A stretch of 7,815 nt of DNA from Octopus sinensis (lineage: Eukaryota), in NCBI RefSeq assembly GCF_006345805.1, contig NW_021828752.1, forward strand, positions 1 to 7,815. Direction: 5' to 3'. A program made the position numbers and the translations under genes. Shown here in pieces: positions 6,530 to 7,815 of the stretch (positions within the stretch are counted from its first letter, which is position 1; every line of letters starts with the position of its first letter). Below the pieces are notes generated by a model. It was given only the letters and a program-made list of their open reading frames with translations, ran no database searches and had not been told where the DNA came from.

Positions 6530-6928
6530 GGTGGCGGTGGTGATGGTGATAAAGGTGGCGATTTTTGTGATGGTGGGGGCGGCGGTGATGGTGATGGTGG
6601 TGGTGGCGACAGTGTCGGGGGTGGCAGTGAGGGTTTCGGCGAAGGTTTATGGTGCTAGGCAGTTGGTGGTGGTGAGGGTGGTAGTGGTGATAGTGGTGGT
6701 GGTCGTCGGCATCGTGATAGAGGTGGTGGTGGATGTGATGGTGGTGGTGGTGATGGTGGTGGTGGTCGTTGTGGTGGTGATGGTGGTGGTGATGGTGGTG
6801 GTCGTCGTCGTCAGCGTGGTGGTGGTGGTGATGATGGTGGTGGCGGAGGTGCAGACGGTGCTGGGGCTGGAACAAGAGTAGTAGTAGTGGTAGTGGTGGT
6901 AGTAGTAATGGTGGTAGTAGTAGTGGTG

Positions 6929-6963
<35 letters not shown>

Positions 6964-6964
6964 G

Positions 6965-7014
<50 letters not shown>

Positions 7015-7057
7015 GGTGGTAGTAATAGTGGTGGTAGTAGTAGTAGTAGTAGTGGTG

Positions 7058-7089
<32 letters not shown>

Positions 7090-7105
7090 GGTGGTAGTAG
7101 TAGTG

Positions 7106-7158
<53 letters not shown>

Positions 7159-7177
7159 GGTGGTAGTAATAGTGGTG

Positions 7178-7233
<56 letters not shown>

Positions 7234-7252
7234 GGTGGTAGTAATAGTGGTG

Positions 7253-7293
<41 letters not shown>

Positions 7294-7590
7294 GGTAGTA
7301 TTTGTGGTTGTTGCTTTAGTTGTATTAGGTATTGCTGGTGAAGGCGAAGTGGTTAGAATGGTGATGGTGGTTGTGGTGGTGGTGGTGGTGTTGATGGCGG
7401 TAATGGTATGATAGAAATGCTGGAGGAGGAGGAGGAGGAGGAGAAGGAAGAGGAGGGTGGATGGGAGAGACGGTTGTGTTGCAGACTGGTGGCGGTGCGG
7501 TGGGAGTCGGGTGGGTCGGGGTAGGTTGGAAGAACAGGGTGGTGGTGGTGGTAGTGGTGGTGGTGGTGGTAATGGCGGTGGTGGTGGTAT
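6530..7590. repeat. G-rich trinucleotide low-complexity region: degenerate (GGT/GAT)n flanks around a nearly pure (GTA/GTG)n mosaic core at about 6878-7300
   Basis: Direct reading; the core has no C on the plus strand. Confidence 0.95.
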
Positions 7591-7727
7591 TCGGAGTGTC
7601 TTATCAATCAAATTAAATGGAGATTTTTGCTGTGTGAAGAAGGGTGGGGGTGGGGGGGAGGAGGCACAGAAGAGGGGAGGGAAGAGGAGGAAGAGGATGA
7701 TGGAAAGCAAGCAGATATACAAACGTA

Positions 7728-7815
7728 GACACACACACACATACACACATACACTCACACACACATACACACACACACATACACTCACACATACACAAAT
7801 ACCACATATCACACT
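7728..7815. repeat. (CA)n microsatellite with TA/CT interruptions
   Basis: Direct reading. Confidence 0.95.

Noticed and set aside
6428-6881. Gly-rich, His-rich and Val-rich ORFs
   Set aside because: All three are alternative frames of the same GGT/GAT repeat; no start context or domain evidence.
7613-7812. N-terminal 'CVCVSVCV' and hydrophobic segments of the 333-aa and 64-aa ORFs as a signal peptide or Cys-rich domain
   Set aside because: Translated (GT)n microsatellite and polypyrimidine sequence.

Overview
No intact host gene is recognisable. The window is a repeat mosaic from a large AT-rich animal genome. The SINE families and microsatellite landscape look like a coleoid cephalopod (Octopus-like); that assignment is from recall and was not checked. 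Contents: five tRNA-headed SINE copies of two families, a decayed mariner transposase, an exact head-to-tail dimer of non-autonomous Helitrons on the minus strand, many (TA)n/(CA)n arrays and a ~1.1 kb G-rich GGT/GTA/GTG trinucleotide mosaic. The most striking structure is a spacerless 470-bp palindrome (5192-5661) with no substitutions between its arms. Its centre holds two divergently oriented type I hammerhead-ribozyme folds, one with a complete catalytic core. A separate minimal hammerhead motif lies at 5020-5056, and a third, decayed motif appears split by the Helitron dimer. These most likely come from Penelope-like or retrozyme-like retroelements. All supplied ORFs are judged spurious or low-complexity.
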